Shown: piece by piece, positions 9,994 through 19,926 of the stretch
How positions within the stretch are numbered: the stretch's first letter is position 1
Layout: the number at the start of each line of letters is the position of its first letter
NCBI GenBank assembly: GCA_001004885.1
Contig: LCRX01000006.1
Coordinates: forward strand, 35,079 to 99,078
Reading direction: 5' to 3'
DNA: 64,000 nt
Origin: Candidatus Magasanikbacteria bacterium GW2011_GWA2_56_11
GTDB taxonomy: Bacteria > Patescibacteriota > Patescibacteriia > Magasanikbacterales > UBA922
Notes under the pieces: model-generated
The model's input: only the letters and a program-made list of their open reading frames with translations
Databases searched by the model: none
What the model was told of the DNA's origin: nothing
Translations under genes and position numbers: made by a program

Positions 9994-10995
9994 ATGAAAA
10001 AACTTTTGTTCGGTTTTGTTTTCCTGATATTCATCGTCCTGTTCCTGTGGCTCGTCAGCGAGCACGTTGCCCTCTACCTCAGGGCGCGTGTCGCCAAAGA
10101 CCCGGCAGTGGCCGCGGCTTTCCTCGACGTCGGCCAGGGGGACGCCACTTTTATTGAGTTTCCGGATAAGCGGCAGATGCTCGTGGACTGCGGCCGCGAC
10201 GCCCGGGTGCTTGAAGCTCTCGGACGAGTGATGCGGTTTTACGACCGCACGATAGACTACCTGGTAGTTACGCATCCGGACAGTGATCATTACGCCGGCT
10301 GCATTGATGTCCTGCGCCGTTTCAATATCCGGACCATAGTGTACAACGGCGCGCCTAAAAGTTATGACGAATTATGGAATGTTTTCCGCGAGAGTCTAGA
10401 CCAGGAAGTGAAGGCCGGCGCTTTATACGAAGAAATCACCTCTGCCCGGACGGTCGAGATAGGCGGGGCGACTATCCGGTATTTGTATCCGGACCATCCT
10501 CTGTCCGCGGACCCGGCCATTCCGGGGACTAACGAGCGCGCCGACAACAATGGCTCGATCGTGTTCCGGCTTACCTACGGCGTCGGGAATATTCTTATGA
10601 CCGGGGATATGGAAGAGCCGTTGGAAAATTATTTGGTCAGGTTATCCGGAGAGTCGCTTGACTCCGAGGTCCTTAAGGCCGGCCACCACGGCAGCGGTTC
10701 TTCTTCCAGTGAAGTTTTGGTGTCGGCAGTTGCTCCCCGGATGGCGGTCGTTTCCGCCGGCAAAGACAATCCGTACGGACATCCGTCGCCGCGCGTGGTG
10801 AAGCGCCTTGAACGCGCCGGGGCCCGTGTTTTGAGGACGGACCGCGATCATGATATACTACTCGCGTTAACACGCGATTCAGTCTATGTCATCCGGCCCA
10901 AATCACCGCCAGCCGGCGCTAAGGCATTTAGCCGTTTTTTTAGTTTTCCTGGTCTCGGTATTTGGCGGGCCATCGGCCGCCTGGACCGCCTTTAA
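9994..10995 (+). CDS. membrane-anchored metallo-beta-lactamase fold protein (ComEC C-terminal-domain-like)
   Basis: N-terminal TM helix, then HPDSDH and GHHGS metal-binding motifs typical of the ComEC MBL domain. A GGGGAG Shine-Dalgarno lies upstream. Confidence 0.7.
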   Translation: MKKLLFGFVFLIFIVLFLWLVSEHVALYLRARVAKDPAVAAAFLDVGQGDATFIEFPDKRQMLVDCGRDARVLEALGRVMRFYDRTIDYLVVTHPDSDHYAGCIDVLRRFNIRTIVYNGAPKSYDELWNVFRESLDQEVKAGALYEEITSARTVEIGGATIRYLYPDHPLSADPAIPGTNERADNNGSIVFRLTYGVGNILMTGDMEEPLENYLVRLSGESLDSEVLKAGHHGSGSSSSEVLVSAVAPRMAVVSAGKDNPYGHPSPRVVKRLERAGARVLRTDRDHDILLALTRDSVYVIRPKSPPAGAKAFSRFFSFPGLGIWRAIGRLDRL

Positions 10996-12214
10996 CTTTG
11001 TCGCCAACCAGGGCATTTGGCTCTCCGACGCCAAAGCCTTTGCCGGCGACAAGGTTAAATTGTACACCGTGGTCGTTAACAACGACTTCGCGGCGCTTTC
11101 GGCCAGTGTAAATTTTTATAATAATGACCAACTCATCGGCAGCGCCCAGGCCAATGATATCCAGTTCGAGCAGGCCCGCCAAGTCTGGGTAGAGTACCAG
11201 CTGCCGGCCGGCACGAGCCGGATTACCGCCAGCCTAAGCGACATAATCGTCAAAAAAAATAATGGGGAGCGCTCGCAAATCCCCAACGAAGAGGCAGCTG
11301 GTTCTTTGGCGGTTAAGGAGTTTCAGATAGACCTCGACACCGACGGCGACGAGGTCGGCAATATTCAAGACAGCGACGACGACAACGACGGCCTGGAGGA
11401 TGTCCGCGAACAGGAACTCGGCACGGATCCTCTCAAGATAGACACCGACGCCGACGGTCTGGCCGACGGCGACGAAGTTAGGCTGGCGTTGGATCCCAGG
11501 AAATCCGACACCGACGGCGACGGACGCACCGACAAAGAGGACTTGTTTCCGGCGGACAAAGACGAGTGGGCCGATGCCGACCAAGACGCTCAGGGCGACA
11601 ATGCCGACCCGGACGACGATAACGATAAGCTGCCGGACGCGGACGAAGCCGCGCTGGGCAGCGATCCCCATCAGGCAGATACCGACGGCGACGGTCTGGC
11701 CGACGGCGAGGAAAAAGAGAAGGGGAGCGACCCCACTAAATCAGACTCGGACGGCGACGGTATTAGTGACCCCGATGAAATCAAGGCCGGCACCAAGCCG
11801 GATCAGGCAGATACCGACGGCGACGGTCTCACGGATTTGGAGGAGAAGGAAGGCCGCACCAATCCCAATCAGCCCGATACCGACCTTGACGGCGTGTCCG
11901 ACGGCGACGAGGTCAAGCGCGGAACCGATCCTACCAACACTGACACCGACGGCGACGGAGTCGACGACCTTTCTGATCAGTTTCCGCTCGATCAACGCGA
12001 GGCGCGCGATACCGATCGGGACGGCAGCGGAGACAACGCCGATCCGGACGATGACAACGACAAGGTGAGTGACCAGGATGAAGAGTCGAGCGGCAGCGAC
12101 CCGGCCAAAATTGACACCGACGGCGACCAGTACCTTTATGTCGGCGCCAGTTTGTCTTTTTTGGCGTTTTTGGCCGTTGCCGCCCTGTATGCCAAGGGGC
12201 GCGGCCGGCAATAG
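10886..12214 (+). CDS. secreted/anchored thrombospondin type 3 repeat (Ca-binding DxDxDG) protein
   Basis: Signal-peptide-like N-terminus, at least 12 DTDGDGxxDxxE repeats, and a C-terminal hydrophobic anchor. The DNA also carries internal direct repeats. The start is uncertain because it overlaps the preceding gene by ~110 nt. Confidence 0.65.
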   Translation: MSSGPNHRQPALRHLAVFLVFLVSVFGGPSAAWTAFNFVANQGIWLSDAKAFAGDKVKLYTVVVNNDFAALSASVNFYNNDQLIGSAQANDIQFEQARQVWVEYQLPAGTSRITASLSDIIVKKNNGERSQIPNEEAAGSLAVKEFQIDLDTDGDEVGNIQDSDDDNDGLEDVREQELGTDPLKIDTDADGLADGDEVRLALDPRKSDTDGDGRTDKEDLFPADKDEWADADQDAQGDNADPDDDNDKLPDADEAALGSDPHQADTDGDGLADGEEKEKGSDPTKSDSDGDGISDPDEIKAGTKPDQADTDGDGLTDLEEKEGRTNPNQPDTDLDGVSDGDEVKRGTDPTNTDTDGDGVDDLSDQFPLDQREARDTDRDGSGDNADPDDDNDKVSDQDEESSGSDPAKIDTDGDQYLYVGASLSFLAFLAVAALYAKGRGRQ

Positions 12215-12320
12215 ATGTATAAAGGATCGGCGATGTGGTATACTTTACGTTATTCGAAGTGAACTCCATTTCGGCACACCCCGGCCTTCGTTTGCGGCCG
12301 GTCGCATGACGATTTAAGTT

Positions 12321-13457
12321 ATGGGTATTTTCGGCCACAAGATAGAGTCCTACATTGGCGTCGATATCGGAGCCCACGGCGTCAAGCTGGTGGAGTTGAG
12401 AAAAAACAAAGGCCGGCCGCAGCTGTGGACCTATGGTTTGGTGGACAAGAATTTGGATATACACCTTTCCGCCGTCGGCGAGAGAGGCATACCGGAATTA
12501 CGCGCCGAGCAGACTGGGGGCGGGCGGTCAACTCCGGCCGAAGTTTTGCCGTCCACCCTCGAGACCGATGAGAGACGGATAGCCGAGTACGCTGAACTGC
12601 TCAAGGTAATAGTCAAAAAAGCCCGCGTAGAGGGCCGCCGGGCAGTCTCCAGCATTCCTGTATCTTCGGTTTTTCACACCGTAATCAACCTGCCGAAAGT
12701 GGAGCCCAAGGAGGTCGACGCCCTGGTGCGGGCCGAAGTGGCCAAGGTGTTGCCGCGGCCTCTCGAAGAGATGCAAGTGGTCCACCAGCCGGTACCGCTC
12801 GACAAAGAGGCCGAAAAAAAATATTTGCGGCTGCTCGTAACGGCAGCGCCAAAGAATTTCGTCGCTTTTTACACCTCTGTGTTCCGTCGCGCCGGCCTGG
12901 AACTTAGCGAACTCGAGACCGAAGCTTTCGCCCTCGCCCGGTCGCTAGTCGGCCGCGACCAGTCGGTTTCCATGCTTATTGACATCGGTGCCGAGAGGAC
13001 CAATTTTTCCATTATCGACCAGGGACTGCCCATGACCCAGCGCAGTCTCCAGATCGGCGGCAACAACATTGACGCTGTTTTGGCCGAGATACTGGGGTTG
13101 CCGATCGAGCCGGTGGGCAAGCTGGTGCACGACCTGTCCTATCTCCCTCCAGAGACTTTGCGCGCCGAACCGTTTGTGCGGCTCTTGGAGCCTATCGTCA
13201 AAGAGATACAGTATCATTTCGATCTCTACCTTCACCAAAGCGGCAATGAGGGCAAACGGCCCGAAAAAATTATTTTGACCGGCGGCGTGGCGCTTTTCCC
13301 GCCGGTTATGAGCTATATTAAACGATTTTTTCCCTTGCGCGTTTTCATCGGCGATCCTTGGGCCCGGGTGATTTACCAAGATAAACTAAAGACCATTATC
13401 GGCGAGCTCGGACCCAGAATGGCAGTGAGTATCGGGTTGGCGTTGCGTAATTTTTGA
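12321..13457 (+). CDS. pilM: type IV pilus assembly protein PilM (actin-like ATPase fold)
   Basis: 378 aa with an N-terminal IGVDIGAHGVKLVEL motif (the PilM/FtsA-like fold); it lies next to the pilin and PilD genes. Confidence 0.75.
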   Translation: MGIFGHKIESYIGVDIGAHGVKLVELRKNKGRPQLWTYGLVDKNLDIHLSAVGERGIPELRAEQTGGGRSTPAEVLPSTLETDERRIAEYAELLKVIVKKARVEGRRAVSSIPVSSVFHTVINLPKVEPKEVDALVRAEVAKVLPRPLEEMQVVHQPVPLDKEAEKKYLRLLVTAAPKNFVAFYTSVFRRAGLELSELETEAFALARSLVGRDQSVSMLIDIGAERTNFSIIDQGLPMTQRSLQIGGNNIDAVLAEILGLPIEPVGKLVHDLSYLPPETLRAEPFVRLLEPIVKEIQYHFDLYLHQSGNEGKRPEKIILTGGVALFPPVMSYIKRFFPLRVFIGDPWARVIYQDKLKTIIGELGPRMAVSIGLALRNF

Positions 13458-13585
13458 GGGTCCGGGCGCGGCGGCATCTTGGCGGCCGACCGATCGTGGG
13501 CAAAGCGGGGTATTGAGTCTATCCACATCCAGAGTTAACATCCAGGAGGAATTTGAGTATACTAGAGGAAATTGTTTTTTATTCT

Positions 13586-13969
13586 ATGGCTGATAGCAAA
13601 CAAGTCCACGTGATGCTGGTTGAGGACGACATTTTTTTGGCTAACATATACAAGACTAAGTTCGAGATGGAAGGTTTCAAAGTAAGCACCGCGGACAACG
13701 GCGAGACAGGATTGGAAGAGGTCAAGAAAAAACGCCCGGACGTAGTGCTTTTAGACATCCTTTTGCCCAAAATGGACGGTTTCGCGGTCTTGAGCGCTCT
13801 TAAATCCGACCCGGAGTTAAAGGGCATCCCGGTTATCCTGCTTACGAATCTGGGACAGAAGGATGACGTCGACAAGGGCATCGAGCTCGGCGCGGTAGAC
13901 TATCTGATCAAGGCCCATTTCAAACCCTCGGAAACCGTAGAAAAAGTTAAACAGGCGCTTAAGCGGTAA
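13586..13969 (+). CDS. stand-alone response regulator receiver (CheY-like)
   Basis: Reading MLVEDD ... VVLLDILLP ... DYLIKA places the conserved Asp and Lys positions, and there is no output domain. An alternative TTG start lies at 13553. Confidence 0.75.
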   Translation: MADSKQVHVMLVEDDIFLANIYKTKFEMEGFKVSTADNGETGLEEVKKKRPDVVLLDILLPKMDGFAVLSALKSDPELKGIPVILLTNLGQKDDVDKGIELGAVDYLIKAHFKPSETVEKVKQALKR

Positions 13970-14028
13970 CTCTGGGTTTTCCCAAGCACACAGCCGGAAT
14001 AATCCTTACCCTGAAGGGAGGTGATAAG

Positions 14029-14466
14029 ATGAACAAGAAAGGTTTTACATTGATCGAGCTTTTGGTGGTCATTGCCATTATCGCCCTGTTATCCACGCTG
14101 GCGGTGGTAGCGTTGGGTTCGGCGCGTAAAAAGGCTAATGATGCGAAACGGTTGTCGGACGTAAAACAAATGCAGACCGCTCTCGAGTTGTTTTATACGG
14201 ACAAGAATACCTACCCGACGACGACCGCTTCGGGAATTACACTTGGTGCGGGTAGCGCTGCTTGTCTCAACGGCGGCGGTTTTGCAGCCACAGGTTGTGC
14301 CAACGCCTATATGGGACAGGTGCCGGAAGATCCGGGGAGCACCGATTACACCTATACCTCCACTGACGGTACTAGTTACACGATTACCGCGACCCTCGAG
14401 TCCGGTGCCGGCAATTTGAGTGCCGGAGGCGTCGAAGCGAGCCCGTCGGGCATCAAGAACCAGTAA
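14029..14466 (+). CDS. type IV pilin / pseudopilin
   Basis: N-terminal KGFTLIELLVVIAIIALL prepilin cleavage and methylation motif, with a GGGAGGTGA Shine-Dalgarno 7 nt upstream. Confidence 0.85.
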   Translation: MNKKGFTLIELLVVIAIIALLSTLAVVALGSARKKANDAKRLSDVKQMQTALELFYTDKNTYPTTTASGITLGAGSAACLNGGGFAATGCANAYMGQVPEDPGSTDYTYTSTDGTSYTITATLESGAGNLSAGGVEASPSGIKNQ

Positions 14467-14475
14467 CGCGATTCT

Positions 14476-14504
14476 AAAAAATGTCCCGATCGGGGCATTT
14501 TTTA
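14476..14504 (+). terminator. rho-independent terminator after the pilin gene
   Basis: Hairpin ATGTCCCGATCGGGGCAT flanked by AAAAAA and TTTTTT, which suggests it may work in both directions. Confidence 0.55.
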
Positions 14505-14538
14505 GTGGCGCCAATTGTGCTATACTTAGAACCTGCTT

Positions 14539-14688
14539 GAACTCGCAGCGAGCCCCCTTCGCCTCAAACAGAGACTGGTTTTCACGGCCCCAAAACTCGC
14601 TCTTACAGGCTCAGACATTGGTGCCGCGAAAATCAGTCTATGTTTCGGCTCGACTTAGGAGAGAATTGCTAATAACTTAGTATCAGTT
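14539..14688 (+). repeat. ~150-bp intergenic repeat element, copy A (second copy at 18240-18391)
   Basis: About 90% identical to the 18240-18391 copy. It contains an internal inverted repeat, which is imperfect in this copy. Confidence 0.8.
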
Positions 14689-14808
14689 CCTTCCAAAAAA
14701 GAGACGGAAGTCATTTTTTAAAAGCAGGTTCTGGTTAGATTTGGGAATTTATCGCCAAATATCCGCCAAATTGCCCTGGAATTTTTTTGGCAGACGTTCT
14801 AAATATAT

Positions 14809-15582
14809 ATGGCAGTTATGCCGGTTATAATTTTTTTTCTTGGCCTGGCTTTTGGCAGTTTTTTGAACGCGCTCGAGTGGCGGCTGGCGCATGGCTGGTC
14901 CGTTTTTCAGGGCCGTTCGCAATGCACCCGGTGCGCCCGGCGGCTCGCCTGGTGGGAGAACATGCCGGTGGTGAGTTTTTTGCTGCTTCGGGGCAGGTGC
15001 CGGAGTTGCCGGCAGCCCATTTCCCTCCAGTATCCTCTGGTGGAATTGATTGTGGCCGCTCTCTGGGTGTTTTCATGGTATCGGGCCGGAGAGCCGGCCG
15101 TGGCCTCTTTGGAGTTTGTCGGGGCGGCGCGGGCGGCAGTAATCGTCTGGCTGTCCGTATTTCTCTTTGTTTACGATTTAAAACACCAGGAGGTGCCTGA
15201 CGGTCCGGTATTAGGCGGGGCGCTGGTCATTTTTTTGCTGGCCCTGGTTACCGGCGAGCCTTCTTGGGGGGTCATGCTGATTGGCGCCGCTGCCGGCGCC
15301 GGCTTTTTTCTTTGGCAATATCTGCTGTCCCGAGGCCGCTGGATTGGCGGCGGCGATGTCCGTATCGGACTTTTTATCGGTCTGGCCGTCGGCTGGCCCA
15401 TGGTAGTCTTTGCCCTCATGGCCGCCTATATTATCGGCGCGGTCGTCAGTGTGGTCCTCGTCTCCTGGCGTCTCCAGTCGTTCTCCGGCCGCACTCCTTT
15501 CGGTACTTACTTGTCATTAGCCTTGCTTTTGGCCCTTTGGTTTGGCCCCGGCATTGTCGGCTGGTACCTCTCCCTTTTTTAG
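14809..15582 (+). CDS. pilD: prepilin peptidase PilD (A24 family)
   Basis: N-terminal CTRCARR...CRSCRQ tetra-Cys zinc motif, then a polytopic membrane domain with conserved Asp-containing loops. Confidence 0.8.
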   Translation: MAVMPVIIFFLGLAFGSFLNALEWRLAHGWSVFQGRSQCTRCARRLAWWENMPVVSFLLLRGRCRSCRQPISLQYPLVELIVAALWVFSWYRAGEPAVASLEFVGAARAAVIVWLSVFLFVYDLKHQEVPDGPVLGGALVIFLLALVTGEPSWGVMLIGAAAGAGFFLWQYLLSRGRWIGGGDVRIGLFIGLAVGWPMVVFALMAAYIIGAVVSVVLVSWRLQSFSGRTPFGTYLSLALLLALWFGPGIVGWYLSLF

Positions 15583-15643
15583 GGGCCGGCATCGGGCGGC
15601 TATTTGGCCACCCGGTTTTGTGCACATCAATTATTAAAAATCC

Positions 15644-15672
15644 TTGACGCTCAAGACAAAATCCGGTATTAT
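15644..15672 (+). promoter_or_regulatory. sigma70-like promoter upstream of the ATP synthase operon
   Basis: TTGACG, a 17-bp spacer, then TATTAT. Confidence 0.5.
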
Positions 15673-15705
15673 ACTGGCGTTTTATATCTTTCTTTACAGC
15701 CTCGT

Positions 15706-15984
15706 ATGCCGCTCCTCACCAGCCCGAAAGACCGACGTTTTGCGCTTTTGGGGCTGCGCATAACCGGGGATTTCGGCGCCACGATCGCTGTACCGATAGT
15801 TGGTTTCGTTCTGGCCGGACAGTGGCTCGACAAGCGGTACGCGGCCGGACCGTGGTTCACGATTGCTGCTTTTCTGCTTTCGGCACTTCTTTCCGGTCGG
15901 ATGATTTACCGCAAGGCGAAAGCTTACGGCCGGGAATACCAGGCGCTTCTTAACGAGAAGGACGATCAAAAACCGCTGCGTTGA
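15706..15984 (+). CDS. AtpZ/AtpI-like small membrane protein (first gene of the F1Fo operon)
   Basis: Two TM helices with GDFGATIAVPIVGFVLAGQWLDKRY-type spacing. It sits directly upstream of atpB. The ATG at 15706 was chosen because the ORF-track start lies upstream of the promoter. Confidence 0.5.
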   Translation: MPLLTSPKDRRFALLGLRITGDFGATIAVPIVGFVLAGQWLDKRYAAGPWFTIAAFLLSALLSGRMIYRKAKAYGREYQALLNEKDDQKPLR

Positions 15985-16012
15985 ACGAAGGTATCATTGA
16001 AACAGATAAATT

Positions 16013-16798
16013 ATGGCCGAGATTCACATTCCGACTCTGGCTCCCGAAGTGCTGGCGCATGTGGGGCCAGTGGCTATCACCAACACCATGGTCAATACCT
16101 GGCTGGCGTTGGTGATATTCGCGGTGCTCGGCGTCATAATTACGCGGCAGGCCAGCTTGCGGCCCGGCAAGCTTCAAAACGGGGCGGAATACATTTTGGA
16201 ACAGCTCCTGGGTTATTTTGACCAGGTAACCGGCGACCCGGCCAAGACGCGGCGGTTTCTTCCCCTCGTCGGTTCGATTTTCTTTTTTATCCTGCTCTCA
16301 AATTGGCTGGGACTCTTGCCGGGAACCGGCAGCCTTTCGTACGGACACAGTTTTGTCCTGCGGCCGGCCAATACCGATCTTAATTTGACGCTGGCCATGG
16401 CCTTGACTTCGGTGGCCGCTTCGCATCTGTTCGGCTTTATCACCGTCGGATTTTTTAGCCACGCCGGTAAATTTTTTCAAATCAAAGGCATCTTCCGGAG
16501 TTTGACCAAAGGGCCGGTCGCTATCTTTACCGCTGTCATTGAGTTTATGGTCGGACTGATCGAAATTGTGAGCGAAGCCGCCAAAGTCTTGTCGCTGTCC
16601 CTGCGGTTGTTCGGCAACATTTTTGCCGGCGAGGTGCTTATTTCCGTCATCAGCGCCTTGGTAACGGCTTTGGTTCCGACGCCGTTTATGCTTTTGGAAC
16701 TGCTGGTTGGCCTGATTCAGGCTTCGGTTTTCGCCATGTTGACACTGGTGTATCTGACTGTCGCGAGCGAGGCGCCGCACGGGTCGGAGGAGCATTAG
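16013..16798 (+). CDS. atpB: F0F1 ATP synthase subunit a
   Basis: 261 aa and polytopic, with the conserved Arg-containing LSLSLRLFGNIFAGE helix. Confidence 0.9.
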   Translation: MAEIHIPTLAPEVLAHVGPVAITNTMVNTWLALVIFAVLGVIITRQASLRPGKLQNGAEYILEQLLGYFDQVTGDPAKTRRFLPLVGSIFFFILLSNWLGLLPGTGSLSYGHSFVLRPANTDLNLTLAMALTSVAASHLFGFITVGFFSHAGKFFQIKGIFRSLTKGPVAIFTAVIEFMVGLIEIVSEAAKVLSLSLRLFGNIFAGEVLISVISALVTALVPTPFMLLELLVGLIQASVFAMLTLVYLTVASEAPHGSEEH

Positions 16799-16904
16799 AC
16801 CGAGTTCTACTTAACGGTTCAGGGACAACAGCCGGCCAAGCCCGGACGCTGTCCCTGAACGGTTGGGCAGAATAAATTATTAATTGATACCGCCGCGAGG
16901 CTAA

Positions 16905-17180
<276 letters not shown>

Positions 17181-17254
17181 ACCGACTCTGTCCCGTAGCC
17201 GTGCTAGGGGACAGGTCTCGGATAATTTCACTTTTTGCCTTTTACTAACATTCT

Positions 17255-17824
17255 ATGAGTGCCGTTACTGAAATCGCCGTGACCGAATCGGCTCCGGTGG
17301 CCGAGCTATCCGAAACCACCGCGGCCGAGGGCGGAGTGGCCGCTTCGCTCGGGCTTAACGCCCAGCTGTTTGGCTGGCAATTATTGAATTTTGCCGTGGT
17401 CGCGCTAATCGTGTGGTTCCTCATCCTCAAGCCGCTGGCCAAAAAAATGGAAGAGCGCCGGAAGATAATCGACGACAGTCTGGATCAGGCGCGCGAGATC
17501 GAAACCCGGCACGCCCTAAGTCGGGAGCAGTACCAGACAGCGGTGGCCGAGGCCAAGGCCGAGGCCAACCGGATAGTCGCCTCGGCGCACGACGAAGCGG
17601 CGGCGCTTGCCGGCCAGATGAAAGGCGAGACTAAGAAAGAGATCGACGTTCTGGTATCCCAGGCCAAGAAAAATATCGAGCTTGACCGCCAGAATATGCA
17701 GCAGGAAGTAAAAAAAGAGATAGTGGACGTGGTGATCGCGGCCGTGGAAAAAATTCTCGAAGAGAAGCTCGACGAGAAAGAAGACCGTAAACTCGTCGAA
17801 GGGGCCCTTAAAAGCATCAAATAA
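17255..17824 (+). CDS. atpF: F0F1 ATP synthase subunit b
   Basis: Single N-terminal TM helix followed by a long charged helix. Confidence 0.8.
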   Translation: MSAVTEIAVTESAPVAELSETTAAEGGVAASLGLNAQLFGWQLLNFAVVALIVWFLILKPLAKKMEERRKIIDDSLDQAREIETRHALSREQYQTAVAEAKAEANRIVASAHDEAAALAGQMKGETKKEIDVLVSQAKKNIELDRQNMQQEVKKEIVDVVIAAVEKILEEKLDEKEDRKLVEGALKSIK

Positions 17825-17832
17825 CCATTGCT

Positions 17833-18225
17833 ATGCGCAAATTATTGCCGCGCCATTTCGGGAAAATGCTCTACCAGCTTACGCGGGATCTTCCGGAAAA
17901 AGAACTGGACCAGGCGGTGGCAGAGTTCGTGAAATTTATGGCGCGGCACCGGGCTTTTCGCCGCCTGGATCGCATTATCGCGGCTTACGAGGTCTACGCT
18001 CGGGAGCAGGACGGTGCCGAGGATATTACCCTCGTGAGCGCCCGCCCCTTACCCGAGGCGCTGGCCGCGAAAGTAGTCAGCCATTTTGGCCGCGGGGGCA
18101 AGATTGAAACGATTGTGGACGAAACCCTTATCGGCGGACTGATAGTCAAAACCCGCCGCCGCGTTCTCGACGCCAGCGTCAAAACGCAGTTGCGCGGTCT
18201 TAAAAACGACATGTTGGCGGATTGA
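17833..18225 (+). CDS. atpH: F0F1 ATP synthase subunit delta (short, 130 aa)
   Basis: The C-terminal LIGGLIVKTRRRVLDASVKTQL matches the OSCP/delta C-terminal domain; the N-terminal domain is much shorter than usual. Confidence 0.7.
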   Translation: MRKLLPRHFGKMLYQLTRDLPEKELDQAVAEFVKFMARHRAFRRLDRIIAAYEVYAREQDGAEDITLVSARPLPEALAAKVVSHFGRGGKIETIVDETLIGGLIVKTRRRVLDASVKTQLRGLKNDMLAD

Positions 18226-18239
18226 CCCGCTGTTTTACA

Positions 18240-18391
18240 GAACTCACAGCGAGCCCCCTTCGCCGAAACATAGACTGATTTTCGCGGCGCCAAAACTCGC
18301 TCTTGTGGGCTCAGACATTGGTGCCGCGAAAATCAGTCTATGTTTCGGCTCAACTTAGAGAAGAGAATTGCTAATAACTCACTATCAGTTT
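18240..18391 (+). repeat. ~150-bp intergenic repeat element, copy B, with a 27-bp perfect stem
   Basis: GCCGAAACATAGACTGATTTTCGCGGC (18273-18299) is the exact reverse complement of GCCGCGAAAATCAGTCTATGTTTCGGC (18332-18358), with a ~32-nt loop between them. The element lies between atpH and atpA. Confidence 0.85.
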
Positions 18392-18423
18392 ACACTTAAT
18401 TCAGGCAAGTTTGTTCACCGCGT

Positions 18424-19917
18424 ATGTCTTACACTGATCAGGTTATCACTTCTCTCAAAAAAAACGTGGCTTCGTTCGAGAAGCGCGTGGATGTCTCCGA
18501 GGTTGGCACCGTTATTGAAGTCGGCGACGGCATCGCCCGCATGGACGGCCTGGATAAATGCCAGGCGCTCGAGATGCTTGAATTCCCCGGCGGAATTTTC
18601 GGTATTGCCCTCAACCTGGAAGAGGAAACCGTCGGCGCGATTATTTTGGGCGACTTCAAAAAAATTAAAGAAGGCGACAGCGTTAAGCGCACCGGCCGCA
18701 TTATGTCCATCCCGGTAGGCGAGGCGATGATCGGACGCGTGGTCAATTCTCTCGGCGAAGCGGTTGACGGCCGGGGAAAAATCAAGACAGAAACTCTCTA
18801 TCCGCTTGAACGCGTGGCGCCGGGCGTGATTACCCGCGAGCCGGTGAACCGGCCGCTGCAGACCGGCATCAAGGCCATAGACGCCCTCATACCCATCGGC
18901 CGCGGCCAGCGCGAGCTTATTATCGGCGACCGCCAGACCGGGAAAACCGCCGTGGCCATAGACGCTATTATCAACCAAAAAGGCCAAAACGTGATCTGCG
19001 TCTATGTGGCTGTCGGGCAGAAAGAATCAAAGGTGGCCCGCGTGGTGGCCAAGCTCAAAGAGGCCGGCGCCATGGAGTACACGACGGTCTTTATCGCCGG
19101 CGCCTCCGAACCGGCCCCGATGTCTTATCTGGCCCCGTACGCCGGTGTCTCTCTCGCCGAGTACTTTGCCGACAAGGGCAAGGACGTACTCATAATTTAC
19201 GATGATTTGACCAAGCAGGCCTGGGCCTACCGCGAGATGTCCCTTTTGCTCCGCCGGCCGCCGGGACGCGAGGCTTATCCGGGCGATGTTTTCTATCTCC
19301 ACTCCCGTCTTTTGGAGCGCGCCTGCAATCTGAACAAAGAGCATGGTGGCGGCTCCATCACCGCGCTGCCCATTATCGAGACGCAGGCCGGAGATATCAG
19401 CGCCTATATTCCGACCAACGTTATCTCGATCACCGACGGCCAGATTTTTCTGGAAACTGAATTGTTTTACCGCGGCATCCGCCCGGCCTTGAACGTCGGT
19501 TTGTCCGTCTCGCGCGTCGGCGGTTCTGCCCAAATTAAACCCATGAAAAAAGTGGCCGGTAGCATGAAGCTCGCGCTGGCCCAATTCCGCGAACTGGAAG
19601 CGTTCGCGCAATTTTCTAGTGATCTTGATCCAGAAACCAAAAAGCAAATTGAGCGTGGTCGTCGTATTACCGAACTCCTCAAACAGCCGCAATATTCACC
19701 CATGCCGGTGGCGTCGCAGGTAATGATTATTTACGCCGTGAACAATGGTTTCTTTGATAGTACCGAAATCAGCGCTATTACCGAAAAGCAAAACGCGTTT
19801 GTGGAATTTATGAGTTCGGCGAAGAGCGCGCTATTAGATAAAATTAGTGCCGGTGAATGGAATGAAGAAACGGAAAAAACGATCGCATCATCTTGCGAAG
19901 AATTTTTTACTAAATAA
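18424..19917 (+). CDS. atpA: F0F1 ATP synthase subunit alpha
   Basis: Walker A motif GDRQTGKT. The last ~100 codons are markedly lower in GC. Confidence 0.95.
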   Translation: MSYTDQVITSLKKNVASFEKRVDVSEVGTVIEVGDGIARMDGLDKCQALEMLEFPGGIFGIALNLEEETVGAIILGDFKKIKEGDSVKRTGRIMSIPVGEAMIGRVVNSLGEAVDGRGKIKTETLYPLERVAPGVITREPVNRPLQTGIKAIDALIPIGRGQRELIIGDRQTGKTAVAIDAIINQKGQNVICVYVAVGQKESKVARVVAKLKEAGAMEYTTVFIAGASEPAPMSYLAPYAGVSLAEYFADKGKDVLIIYDDLTKQAWAYREMSLLLRRPPGREAYPGDVFYLHSRLLERACNLNKEHGGGSITALPIIETQAGDISAYIPTNVISITDGQIFLETELFYRGIRPALNVGLSVSRVGGSAQIKPMKKVAGSMKLALAQFRELEAFAQFSSDLDPETKKQIERGRRITELLKQPQYSPMPVASQVMIIYAVNNGFFDSTEISAITEKQNAFVEFMSSAKSALLDKISAGEWNEETEKTIASSCEEFFTK

Positions 19918-19926
19918 TTAAATTAT

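Noticed and set aside
15604-15705. Upstream extension of the AtpZ-like gene (MATRFC...).
   Set aside because: The extension lies upstream of, and overlaps, the predicted promoter (15644-15672). Translation more plausibly starts at the ATG at 15706.
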